Shown here piece by piece: positions 24,764 through 37,320 of a DNA stretch of 64,000 nt. Numbering within the stretch: position 1 is the stretch's first letter; the number at the start of each line of letters is the position of its first letter. The notes below the pieces were generated by a model. The model saw only the letters and a program-made list of their open reading frames with translations, did not search any database and was not told the DNA's origin. Source of the DNA: Eremomyces bilateralis CBS 781.70 (lineage: Eukaryota); NCBI GenBank assembly GCA_010015585.1, contig ML975158.1, one strand, 5' to 3'. The translations under genes were made by a program, and so were the position numbers.

Positions 24764-26896
24764 TTACGACTTGGTTGTCTCAACGACGGCGTCCGGTGTT
24801 GATGAGGCCACCGAGACGGCCTTCCCGATGTTGACACCCTCGACGTTGCCGCAGAGCTATCGATCGTTAGCATTGGTGTTCGATAGACGATGAAAAGGTA
24901 CACATACCGTCTGGACGATGATACCCGTGATCTGATACGGGTCGGCATTGGAAGCCGGGCGACGGTCCTCAAAGTATCCCTTGCCCTCCTCGGCGACGGC
25001 GCGGTTGACACGCACCGACGCACCACGGTTGGCCACGCCCCATGAGAACTTGTCGTAGCTGGCCGTCTCGTGCGCACCGGTCATACGGAGCTGATTGTCC
25101 TCGCCGTAGACCTCCATGTGCTCCGCATGTCGGGTGCTGAGCTTCTCCATGGCGGCCTCGATGGCCTTGATGCCACCCTCCTCACGCATCTCCTTGGTGG
25201 AGACGTTGGTATGCAGGCCCGCGCCGTTCCAGTCGCCGGGGACGGGCTTGGGAGCGAAGGTGACCTTGACGCCGAACTCTTCGGCGACGCGGTGGAGGAT
25301 GAATCGAGACATCCACAGTTGATCGCCCTCTATGAAAACGTTAGTCATCGGCGGATTTGGTAAGGGGTCGCGTGACTTCTTGGCATTGCGCGAGTGGCGA
25401 ATTGATCATCGGGACAATCATGAAATAATGGGTTACACTTACGTGAAATGCCGACGCAAGGCCCGATTTGGTACTCCCATTGGCCGGGCATGACCTCAGC
25501 GTTGGTGCCGGAAATCTGAATGCTGGCGTACAAGCAAGCTTTGTAGTGGGCATCGACGATGTCACGACCAAAGACCTTGCCGGCTCCCACCCCGCAGTAA
25601 TACGGGCCCTGAGGCGCCGGGTAGCCGTTCGTAGGCCAGCCCAGCGGCCAGCCGCTGGGGTCCAGAAGAGTGTATTCCTGTTCCAGACCGAACCAGAACT
25701 CGTGACTGGCGTTGGCGTCCATCAAGACGGCGGAATCGTGACGGTAGTTGAATTTGTTGGGGGTGGCGTCGGACATCCATGTCTCACACATGACGAGGAC
25801 ATTGTCACCCAGACGGAAAGGATCGGGGTAGTAGGCGACAGGTCGGAGGTAGACGTCCGAGTTGTCGCCGGGAGCTTGGCCGGTGGATGAACCGTCGAAG
25901 TTCCATTCGGGAAGATCGTCGACACTTGTGATTGGCTTGTTGATGGTCTGTTGGGATTAGGAGAGTTAGCAAGAGTCCGATGATGTTATTCATAGAACAA
26001 TATGCCAATAATATGCGTGTGGTGATAAATGGTGGCGGGGGAGTGAGCAACACGCGAGTCTCAATAGCAAGGAATGTTCCTCATGAATTGCTGTTTGTGT
26101 GCGTCCACAGCGCCAGGCAATCAGGAAGGTGCGGGGCTATCGTCAGTGTGGCGGTTGACATGGTCGGCGGTGAAAGCGAGGATGCCTCATGGCCTTGTGG
26201 CCTTGGGGCTCATCAATCCAGGGTCGGAACCGCGGAATTGCGTGTGTGCGTCCGCGTCTCCGCGATTGTGCGCCGGCGGCTGTTGGTGGCTTGGGGGTGC
26301 ACCAATTTCGGTTTTTCGCCTCTTTCGCTTCCAGATTGGAGGCGGTGCTTCGGCTTGCTGCAGGCCGCCAACGCCATGACCCACGCCTTATCGCACACCT
26401 CCGACTGGTGTCGTTTTTGGCGCTGTTGCAGTCGATAAGAGCGGGCCAAGCATGTAGACTATCAACCCCTCCAAAAATTGCAGAAGCAATGGATCGTGGA
26501 ATCGTCGTATTGCAGCGATGCTGGGGGGGTCCATCGTAAGGGAGCACGCATGCTCGAATTGTGCTAGAGGGAATGGGTTGTGGGAAAGAGGATAGCCGAA
26601 TGAAGTCATGGCAAAAAATGAGTGTAATGAAGTCATCAACGTACCTTGCACTTTGACCGACAACCGCCGGCGCCATCAATCCACACGTACTCAGCGATGA
26701 TGCTGCCTTTCTGGTCCAAATCAAGATATTTCTTGAGCTGTGGGAAAAGTGGCTGTCAGAACTGGTGCTGTGCAATTCCTGTGCGGGACAATATTAAGAC
26801 ATACATTGGCGGTATTGGATGCGGAGTTAGCCTGTCTCGTGGTTAGCACCATTGTCACCCACAGTCGCATGAAGCGCAGGATGTTAGATATACCAT
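24764..26896 (-). CDS. Glutamine synthetase (GSII), 6 exons; the first coding exon is ATG only
   Basis: [59 protein letters not shown] and [11 protein letters not shown]. Intron 3 is 697 nt (25948-26644). Confidence 0.96.
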
Positions 26897-29800
26897 GATC
26901 GCGACTGTTGATGAGAGGATGAGGGTGGTGGGTTGGTAGGAATGTGCGGTATCGGGAGTGAAGTGGCGAGGTTGCGAAAGGAACACGACAACGCTAGAGG
27001 TCGAATTGCAAGAAATGGAAGAGTTAAAAGGAGGTACGGATGGTACGTGAGTGGGAGGATGAGGAAGAGGAAATGGAAGAGATGAGAAATGAGTGGAAAC
27101 GGAGAGGGCGGAGAGTCGAGATAAATAACATTTCGAAAGAATTATTATGGCGCGGTAGGTTACTCGTGGACCGGGATTACCGTGGAGGCGTGGAACTCAT
27201 GGAAGTAGAAGAGTGGACTGTGAACACTGGACAGCCTCCGAGTTACGAGATCGGAGAGTTCAGGGTTGGGGGTGCGCCAGTATGAACAACAGGAACAAGG
27301 ATGCCGATAATGGTCAATCAATGCCTCAATAGACAGGAATCTCGCCCCAATCATGTCGGGCATGCTGCACTCATCCGGGAGAAAAAGAACGCGGCCAGGC
27401 ACCGCCAATTGTTCGCTGCCCCCGTCGTCGATCCACATCCCACTATTTGCCCCCCCTTCCTTTTCCTCCCCCGCTGCGGTTGAGAATTGAAGATTCCATT
27501 TCCTTTTTTAGGACGGCATGTTTGGGACATTGGTACAACATAATGTATTAGTTGTGATTGGAGACCTAGAGTCGTGGATATGAATTATGTAGCCTCATCA
27601 TTGAGCGATTATCTCTCATGGGATAAGTGGTTACTAGGGACGCCTGACGATGACTCCTTTTGTTCCAGGCTCTATTCACTGCCACACAGTATGGCCACCT
27701 CTCTTTGTTTAGTTTGTTAGAACTCGATTCGGTTCTTTGTTCCATGGGAGTCGATTCGGAACCTGGATCTACTAGATGACACCTATTCCCAATATCAAGC
27801 CAATGTTGGGAACGGGTCCCCGGAAACCCCCACAATCCAAGTCGCTCCTACGGATGTCGGAACTGGGTGTCTCAACCGCCTAGGGCTGAATTGTCCCCTT
27901 CATCGATGGGATATTGAGATATCGACCCTTTACTCCTCTAAAAGCATCGGTCACACGAGCTGAAGATCAACCACAAAGAGTCCGATCTTGTCTGACAACC
28001 GCTTCGTTTCGATTGGTGAAAGGAGCAAGACCAGATCGATTGGGGAGAAATGCCTCATGCATGGGGTGATGGGGGAGATATGCAAGCCACACTCAGACCT
28101 CCATCTCAATCCACATCCAGGTGTCAAGCAGATGTCTCCCACAGTGTTAACGGGCCAACTGTTCTGGAATATCCCATGCGAAAATAGACTCCACGCTCTA
28201 GGAGCGTGGAGTCTAGAGCAGACCCTGAATCCTGCGGGATTTACCCCGATGGTAATGTAGCATTCAGGCTGAGCTGCTGCGATATGTATGTACTATGGGA
28301 GAACAACCGAGAGTCCTTATCGAAGACGGTCTAGAAGGCAGTATTGACTCTTTTTAGAAGAGCGAACCAAACTCGATACCTTCAATATTACAATCCATAC
28401 GAGAATAACACCTCAGCCAAGTAAATCGTCAAAGTGAGATCCCCCTCACCGCGACGACGTCCAGAACCACGAATCCCTGCGCATCGCCCATCCCAATTCC
28501 CACCACGCGATTCGAATTGTCAAAATGTATCCCCCCAATCCACCACTCTCAACCCCGCGAAAGCATCCCAATCTCGAAACCAACCATTCTCCAGAGTCCA
28601 GCGCTGGTGTCCCTGCAGGATCCACGGACGTTGGATCAAGCGACATCGCACATCAGGTCAGCACCCTTCGAACGTGGGGTCTTTCATATGTTCGGCTATC
28701 GTGACTTTCGGAAATCAGTCAGACCGCGGTCATTGCAGCGACTGAGAACTGAGCTATTCGGGTAATAATAATAATCACGATGTCCCCTCGGCCTCCTTCT
28801 TTCAACCGACGAAAGTCCAGACGACCAGAATTTGTGCCGGATCACCGGCAGTCGACTGTCCCCGCGGCACCCAACATTTCTGGACCGCCGCGGCCCCTTT
28901 CCCAGCGCCTCGTGCCATCAACAAATCAACAAATCAACAAATCGCCTTATCAACCACCATGTCAAATCTCCCTTTCCAGTTATTAATGGGTGAGCGATTT
29001 CCGATGATAAGGAATTTCCAGAATCCTGACGACCCGAACGCTAATTAGCGGGATTGCGCCTGCATGGTCCCGCCACGCCGATGGTGCCCGCTGGTGCAGG
29101 GGAAAAGGGCAGGGGTGAGGACTGTTGGCGGCGATTTGCGGGCGATGGGAGGATGGGTGCAGGGGGGTGGGGCAGTTCCGGGCGCTTGGGGTGGCGCTAG
29201 GCTGGTTTGGAGGATTGCTTATCGGGAGACGCTGATTGGTGGAGAGATGGTTGTGGTCTGTGGATGATCTCGTGAGCTGTGATTGAAAAGGTGAGATCTG
29301 GAATGGTGGATGTGTCAGCGTGGAGAATACCATGTGGTAAAATGTTCAGTTGGAATGCGCGTCGGTAGATCATCACGGGGTGGAAGCTGACTGTGGGATG
29401 CGTTGGTTCTCAACAGTCAACAGCCAACAGTCAACATTCACAATACCGTAATGTCACAGCTGGTAAGGAATCCAGGGGTTGGAGGCCGTCAGTGCGTCCT
29501 TGTGTTTGAAATCACTCCTCCACACTCCACCCCTGACTCTCCAGCACGACACCACTCAAAGATCACAACGGACCGTCTCCTACTCAGAAGCAAAGGGAAA
29601 GGACTGACCATGATGATTACCTGTAGCAATCTATTCATACGGGCACAAAGCTCGTCCTCATCAGCCGCTGCCATCCATCGGTGCTTTCAGCCCTACAGAC
29701 GCCAATGGACCAACTCAGTCCACGGCTTTCACCAGATATCCTGATCCCCCGCACGTACTATTAGCCTGGTTTCCATACATCTCACAGCATCAGACTCCCT

Positions 29801-30735
29801 CTACTAGCCGGACTATCCTGCCATCGGCATCAAAACCCGGGGAATCTCAAGCAACCGCGAACGATGGGAACCGCCGTCTGCCACCCAGTCGATCCAGTGC
29901 GTCGTCGCCTGTCTGCGGATGCTTCCCGCTCTTGATGATCATCTGGCAGAGCCGCAAGACATGGTCCGGTGCCCGATGGTGGTTCCTGCGCCGTTTACAT
30001 AACGAGGAGGGCAGGGGTGTGTCATCGGCCGTTGCTCGTAAGGGGCCTGCGGGTGGTGCTTGGACCTGGGAGAGTTGTAGGGGGTGGTGGTCTTTGAGTC
30101 CTAGGCTTAGGAACGCTGAGGGAATTTCTGTAGGGCTATGGTCTTCGGTCAATGGTCCTGAAGTTCGGGTCTTAGAATGGAGACGGTACTGCTTCTGCAC
30201 ATATATCATCCAGTTCTTCCCCATGGGGAGACATGCAGGTAACCTTGGCGAAGGACGCATTCATTCTCTCCTTCCTTTTCTTGAATTTCTGCGAGTCTTT
30301 GATTTCTTACATTATGCGAGTCTAGTCTGTTCCCCATCCCTTCGATTTTCCTATCGTGGATATTCCCTTTCAGACTCCCTGTCGCCAGTCCTTTGTTCGC
30401 TGCTCCAAGTACCATTGAATGCCTCACCCTACAATGTCCATTATATGTCCTCGGAACAAAGGCCTCGAGTACAATGTTTCTTTACCCTCCGTCTCTACAA
30501 TGGGGTTGTCCCCCTTCATTGTTCTCCATACAATACACCTCTCCCGCGCCTCGACTCCGCATTCAAATACCCCCTCATTCTCCTTCTATCGTCTTTTCCT
30601 CCTTCAAGCAAGCGAGCACCGGCCCCCAAGTTTCCAGCGTACCGCGTACCAGAAATCCCCCCCTACCAGTCCTCCGCTCGCTCCCGGCCCTCCCCACCCC
30701 ACTCCAGACAGCGCCCTCCCCCGCTCCCCCCCAAA

Positions 30736-31254
30736 ATGTGCGAGTGGACCGACGTCTACCACCGCCGCTGCGGCCACTGGTCCATCCCCACTCTCCTAAA
30801 CCCCTGCCCCGCCTGCCGCCACGTCAACGGCCACCCCGTCAGCTGTCTCTTCCCCATCAAGAACGGCATGGTCACTCACGAAGGGAAATGCCCCGCCTGC
30901 GAAAATAAGCGCACCGGGCTCGCCGTCTTGCACCATGCGCTCAGGAAGATCGTCGTCCGTCGACGCGTTCGGAAGATGGTTCGTGTCGAGTGGTCAGATG
31001 CGTTTCCGGCGGATACCGCGGACACCGCCGCGGACCGCGATGTGGCGGATACGGCGCTGCCGCGCTGCTGGGAATCGAGCGGTTCGCCCCAGAGGGGGCG
31101 GAAGCTTAGCTGCTCGATTAATTGGCGGGTGGTGTCGTTCCCGACCTCGAGACCGGAGCTGCAGACATCGTCGTCGACGCGCGCGGCGGCGATGAGGTTC
31201 GATATGGATGTTCGGAAGCATATGCGAGGAATTCGACGCGAGAAGACCTTGTAG
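30736..31254 (+). CDS. Small Cys/His-rich hypothetical protein
   Basis: AAAATG context. MCEWTDVYHRRCGHW...CPAC...C...CPAC resembles a putative Zn-binding pattern, and C-ending codon bias is present. Confidence 0.55.
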   Translation: MCEWTDVYHRRCGHWSIPTLLNPCPACRHVNGHPVSCLFPIKNGMVTHEGKCPACENKRTGLAVLHHALRKIVVRRRVRKMVRVEWSDAFPADTADTAADRDVADTALPRCWESSGSPQRGRKLSCSINWRVVSFPTSRPELQTSSSTRAAAMRFDMDVRKHMRGIRREKTL

Positions 31255-32370
31255 ATTTCCCTGGATTCCCTTCTCCGACTCACGATTTCCGAGACGTCTC
31301 TAATCTCCTTAGGTTCCCCTCCCGAAATTTCCCCTATGCTATGTATCCCTATCACAGTCGTAGGTCCGATCCAACAGCCAAGACCAAGCGTCAGTATTCA
31401 GAATTGAAAAACGTAGTTAGTTATAGACATGTTGAAGAATCTTTAAACCTAGACCTTCGGATCTACAGTAAGTTGAAGATGATTTTCAACCTATGTTGCG
31501 CCATGGTGATATGAGGCTGAGGGTATTCTGTTTCTACGAGGCGCTGTTCTGCGTGTGCTGTCTGCGATCTGCAGCTCCTTATCAGATCTACCCGCGAAGC
31601 CGCTCGAGGCGGCGAGGGGTGACTAGGTGCATGAAATTCATTTGCGCTTTGCAGTCACAAGCACAGCCATAAGATGGTGCCAGAGGCTTGGGTGGATACA
31701 AGCCTCTTCGTGGCGTGCAACGCGCTGGCTGCCGCTTGTCTTTCCCTTGGCCATCCGTTAATGTCGTCATTGCCGCAGACATTTTATTGATTATTTTATT
31801 GATTATTTTTTGCGTGTCTTTTATTTTACTATCTGTTGCTCAAACACCTCACCTTGTAGTCCATCTAGGACTTCGAACAAGGTACGTATGCAAGCTCCAC
31901 AGGAGAAGGGGATAATGGAAGGCAAAAGTCGCTGATCTTGCTCATCCATCAGGCACTGAAGCTGTGATTTTTTCTGATTGCTAGATCTAGAATATTGTTT
32001 CATTCCGTTTATTTGCATATTCACCGATATGAGTTTTGACGGGCCTGTCTATTGGGCGTTAGAAACTCGGTCGATGATATGTCGCCAAGACAACATTGCT
32101 GTGGCTTATGCAGACTGCAGTATTCCATAGAGGAGACGACACGACCACCTCTCCATGCAGAATCTCAGAACGGAATCGCTCCATGCAACGTTATCAACAA
32201 ATCATAAGATTCATGCCTAACACTGGAAAATCAACCGAGCGGGGTAGACCCAAACTTATAGCCAGCCTATTCTCGTCTCGAACATTCCGACAAGGCTACA
32301 TGTCTAGCGGAACAAAGATTCGCTTCCAGTCGTAACTCTGAGTAATCACTATACAGCAGTATATCGCCTC

Positions 32371-35300
32371 ATGGGGTCCGGCGAGAAAGAAGAATCCAAG
32401 GCGAGCGAAGCTGCGAAGCCTGCGAAGCCTGCGAAGAACAGCAGCAAACCCGATAATGCCTCCAGCGATTCAACGAAGCCTGCCGCTCCGACTCCAGCTA
32501 GACCCGGAAACTCCGAAAAACCTGTCCACAAGGACGACAAAGATCACCAGGCTTTGAGGGATGCTCTCCGAAAAACGAATGAAGTTGACGTGAAGACGAT
32601 TCTGGAGCAGCACCCCGAGTTCGTCAACCGCAAAATTGGCATCGATAAGGGGAACGTGGTTCACTACATCCTCCGAAATGTCAGAAGCCGCGACGGCTCT
32701 CAAGACGAGAAGGCAAGTCTCCGTTGGCTACAAATCGTCAAAGGGCTGTATGACCCTGAGGGGTTGATCAAACCCGACTGGAGTGCGAAGGATAGTCACA
32801 ACAGAACGCCGCTGCACTTAGCCTGCTCACACACGAGACAACATTTAGAAGTCGCGAAATTTCTTCTCGACAACGGAGCCCGGCCGGATGTAGTCGACGA
32901 CACGCCCTCATCGCCGCTGCGCGACGCCATACACCAACACCGCACGGACATGGTGCGGGTCCTCATCCGAGGAGGAGCCAGTCCGGGGTTTGCGGTCAAT
33001 AATAGCATGCCGCTACACACGACTGCATATCGAGGCTATCGCGATATCGTCGACTTCCTTCTTGCCCAGTCCGGCGTACAAATTGACGCAAGGGACGGGA
33101 AAGGTTATACCCCCTTGCACCTTGCTTGCTGGCAAAATTATCCCCTCGTGGCGCAAAAGCTGCTCGAAAATGAAGCAGATCACACCGCTAAAACAACGGG
33201 GAATAAATGGACGCCGTTACACCTGGCAGCGTATCATGGCTCTCTTCAGTGCGTTCAGGAGCTCCTCAAGGCTAATGCGCTGTGGTCTGCGCGGACTAGG
33301 CAGAAAAAGACGGCTGAAGAGCTGGCGCAAGAGCAGGGCCATATCCAGATCGTTGAGCTTCTGAGAAAGCAAGGCGAAATTAATGGGGCCTATGAACTTC
33401 AAGTGTGCACGCCAAATGAGGACCAGGAAAATCTCAGTCGGGATTGTGGTGGGATTGTCTGGCCTTCCATGGAGCACACACAAGTATGGGACATATTGAC
33501 TGTGTGGGATATGCTTTACATAGACGGCCCAAAGCTAAAAACGGGTAGGGAGGGCGTCGAACCCAGGTGGATTCATATTCCATCCAACAATGTAGGTCCA
33601 AAATGTGTCATCATTGTCTAGGCACATGTTAACACTGTTACTTGATAGATTGAATGGATGAAGGTATCACGTGTTGTCATTACATCGCATGGCAAGCACT
33701 GATTGCATATAGGATGTCTTCAGAGTTCTCTACTCGGCTGCTGTCACCGAGCTTGGGAGTATTCATGGAGGCGGCAAAGGTAAAGGCAATGCTACGGACG
33801 ATGCGCAACTATCCAAGGCGCAGAAGGCAAAGCAGTCATTAGAAGCAGTTCTTGAGTTCATTGATGCCGAATTTGGCAAGCAGAGACGGTCTCACTGGGC
33901 GGTAAGATTCAAGTCTATGCCGCAAACGCTCGATAGTTTCACGCCTCGCAACTGCCACAGAAAACCTCTTTTTAACCCCTTTATTCAACCCCTCTTAAGA
34001 TTTCATAAAGATTTCATCGTGATGCTGATTTCGGTTTAGGCATCATACGGTGGAAGAACCAAGAATAAAGACAATCAGATGCTTTCGCTCATGGTATGTG
34101 AATGCGAATCGACTTCCAAACTCCACGCCTTCAAATAGTCGAATCATGAGTGGAAATGAAATGGCACTAATTATCCCACAGTTTCCAGTTCTCGATGTCG
34201 ACATGCGGAAACCTTACTACAAGCCGCCAGACACCAAGGAGACACATCCAGTGAGCGCCCCTGAGGGTCCCTCGAAACACCGAGAGCGTCTGGCCAGAGC
34301 GGAGATGGAGCACCCGAGGAAGCTGGAAGACTTGGCAAAAGCCTACAAGGGCATGGTATCTTCCACCTGGACGCTGGACGGGTACTTCCACGAGTTCATC
34401 CAGGAGGATAGTCTGAACTCCCGGAATGGTGATCAAGTCGTCTCACGGTACATCGCACACCACATAGAAGAAGAAGAAGAAGAAGCCAAGCGGCAGGCGA
34501 CGACTGTGAAAGAAGCAAGTGATACGTCCCTTAAGGTGGACTTGGATTCCCCCAAGACACCGCACGTCCAGTTTCAAGAAGCCAGCGGTGAGGAAACAAC
34601 TCCTTCTCAGCTCGAAAGCCAGCATGACCAGGTGAAATCTAAGGTTTGCAGATTGACCGGCCTCAAGCGCATCTGGTCGGTCCCCCCTCACGATTCGACG
34701 CCAGGTGAGCAGAAGGAAAAGGACGGCGAAACCAGTGACTCTGAGTCTGTGAGAGGAAAAGATGAGTCTCTCGATCATGTCGAGGATGGACACGGAGCCC
34801 ATGGGAAAGGAATTCCACAGCAAATCATCACTGTTCCGCAGCTGTGGCTGTTGCAGGTCGACAGTAAGTGCTCTCTTGGCTATATTTACCTATTCAAATG
34901 CTACTTATGTACGCTCATGAAAAGCTAATGAAGGGTGCAAATACGAAACAGATATTGTATTAACGTCATTTCCCGAGCGATGGGATAACAACATCCTCCC
35001 GGATATCATTCTCGAACGACTTATCGAACTACGTAGGAGAAAAGACGAGAGCGGCCCTGACAAGGCGATGACTACTGACGACATCACCAGTGAAATTGTG
35101 GAGGCCTGTCTGGATTACGAGCCGTCCTTGACGACGTATAGCGGAGCGCGGAGCTATCTTGACGCATTTGGTATCGAAATTGCGCATTTGGTACGTGCCC
35201 ATTCATGACGAGCAACAACGAGGAATAGCTAATCCTGGTTCTGCACAGTCCAACAAAACGACGGAGTGCTACGAAAAGTTCAAGGAATCGCTAGGTGAAG

Positions 35301-36207
35301 CTATCACGGTGTTTCCCGAGGCGATTAAGGGTGAGACAGATCACCTTGTCAAGATTGATGATGTGTTGAGCGAGATCGGAATGCTTAGAAGAGTACACGA
35401 GGATCAAATTTACATCTGCATGCTGATAGAAAGGAGTCGTAATAGCGATAAAAGCCCGAAGAAAATGAGTAAGTTAGACTTCGAGTCAGAAAGTTTTCAG
35501 GGGCTTACATCCGGATACAGGCTTCGGGCTTCATGAGGACGGCGGGGAGTTTGGCTACTATGAAACGAGACGGCGGAGAACTCAATTGACGGCTAAGATA
35601 AACAGACTGGAAGCCGATGCCACGAAAGTCCGACAATCGGTGAGCATCGTGTTCCAGCCAAATATTCGGAGGGCTGAACGCTGACTTACCACAGATCCGA
35701 ACCCTGCTCGACCTGAGGCAACGCCAGGCAACGACTGAGGACGCCATCGAGTCAAGCAAGCATTCGGCAATTCTCTTCGCTCAGTCCAAGGTGTTATTCA
35801 TCTTCACTTTGGCTACAGTGATATTTGTACGTTTACTCTCTCCAGACCCTCACTGATTTGCGCTTTTCTTCTCAGTTGACGCGGCAAAAAAAGGGACCTC
35901 TCCAGTGGGTCACAGGTTTGATGGGGATGAATATCGAAAACTTTTCTCGCGAGACGTGGTCTCGAGGCGATGTTGCTGAGGCTTCTGGTAAGTAAAAGCG
36001 TCACGAGTCAGCTGGCGGTCCAGGGCTAGATGCTAACAGACATATACAGTGGCAGGTGTGTTTGTTACGATCATCGTCAGTGTTGTTGGTGTGATTGTCT
36101 ACGATCTTATTGAGGAGAAGAAGTTGCGGAAGTTTTGGAAAACCTCAGTAATGGGCTGGTGGCTTAAGCAGGCTGAGACATGGAAGATCAAGCGTGTCAA
36201 GCAGTAG
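32371..36207 (+). CDS. Ankyrin-repeat protein with C-terminal CorA-like transmembrane region, multi-exon
   Basis: TPLHLAC/TPLHLAA ankyrin repeats, RWIHIPSNN|IEWMK|D, VPQLWL, LLDLRQRQA and FTLATVIF|GPLQWVTGLMGMN (GMN motif). Confidence 0.85.
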
Positions 36208-36734
36208 CGACGCATGAAGTCATCTCTCGCTTATTATGCTCCAATGATGACTCCTAGCGGTATTTAGGGGATATCATTTTTGTTTTTGTGAGCATTGCAG
36301 CTCAGGGTAAGTTAGAATCAAGGTCATGTTGGCCACGGTAGGACGTACTTGTTCGTCTGGTTGGCTGGTGATTTGGAGGCAAAGAGTCCAGTGGTGGGTG
36401 ATAATCAGGCTTTGGTATGTCTACGGTGGGTCAATCCCTACCCCATTTATCAGTGACCGCTTCTGCTTGGAAAGCATCAGGTATGCTTTCTCTCCAGCTG
36501 GTGGAGACGATATTACAAGGTCATGGCAATGTCACCCTGTAAATTGTAATATTTACACGTCCTTGTAGAAGCTAAGGGATCATCCCCAGCTACCTATGTC
36601 TCAAGTCGTATTGCAATAAAATCTGCCCACTATACCAATGTACCACGTTCCTAAGACAAACGCCATGCCATGCTATGCTTCATGATTACGCTCGACCCAA
36701 AGTAGACAAGAAAAACATTACCAAAACGCCTAAA

Positions 36735-37320
36735 TCACGGCGCGGCGGCATTGCTCCCCTGCGATGGACCCCCGTTATTCGTCGGCGCGGGCGGCGGCGG
36801 CGGCGACATCGTTGTTCTTTGTGGAATATTTTGATTCGGGTTTATCTTCGACGCCCCTGCGGGCGGTTGATATGTCGGCGGCAGATCATTCGAATACACT
36901 GTATCACAAGTCAGCCATTTCTCCCAAAATCCACCTCTCAAGTTAGGGGGTCTCATACCCGGCGGCGGCTCCACATGCCGCCCATCCATCCGATAGCTCC
37001 ACCCATACGGTTGCGCATGATAATACGCGCCCGGGCCCGGATCGAAGCGCGCGCGCTGCGAGCGGGAGAGCAGCCAGCGGTGGTAGCGGAGGGGAGGCAG
37101 GCCTTTGCGGACGCGGTGGCGGGCGTGGAGGTAGCCGCCGACGATCCAGGTGAGGAGGAAGAAGAAGATGGTGCCGACGATGACCCATTTGGCGACGTAG
37201 CCGGCCTGGAGGTGGTTAGTGGCGGGGTGAGGGGGGGAGGAGGGGGTTACGCACGGGGGACCACCAGAAGGAGTCGGAGTAGTAGTGGTCGTGGACGAAG
37301 TCGTCTCGTGGAGCGAGCAT
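36735..37320 (-). CDS. RCR-like (chitin synthesis regulation/Congo red resistance) single-pass membrane protein
   Basis: MLAPRD...FWWSP|AGYVAKWVIVG, a TM segment, HARHRVRKGLPPLRYHRWL and a PY-like PPTYQPP tail. Confidence 0.75.

Noticed and set aside
29932..30735. N-terminal ~270 aa of the 440-aa ORF
   Set aside because: It has a TTG start and crosses pyrimidine-rich promoter/UTR-like sequence with no protein-like features.
35460..35540. Apparent frameshift in the ankyrin-CorA gene
   Set aside because: Explained by a 52-nt GTAAGT...CAG intron (35469-35520) that restores the frame.
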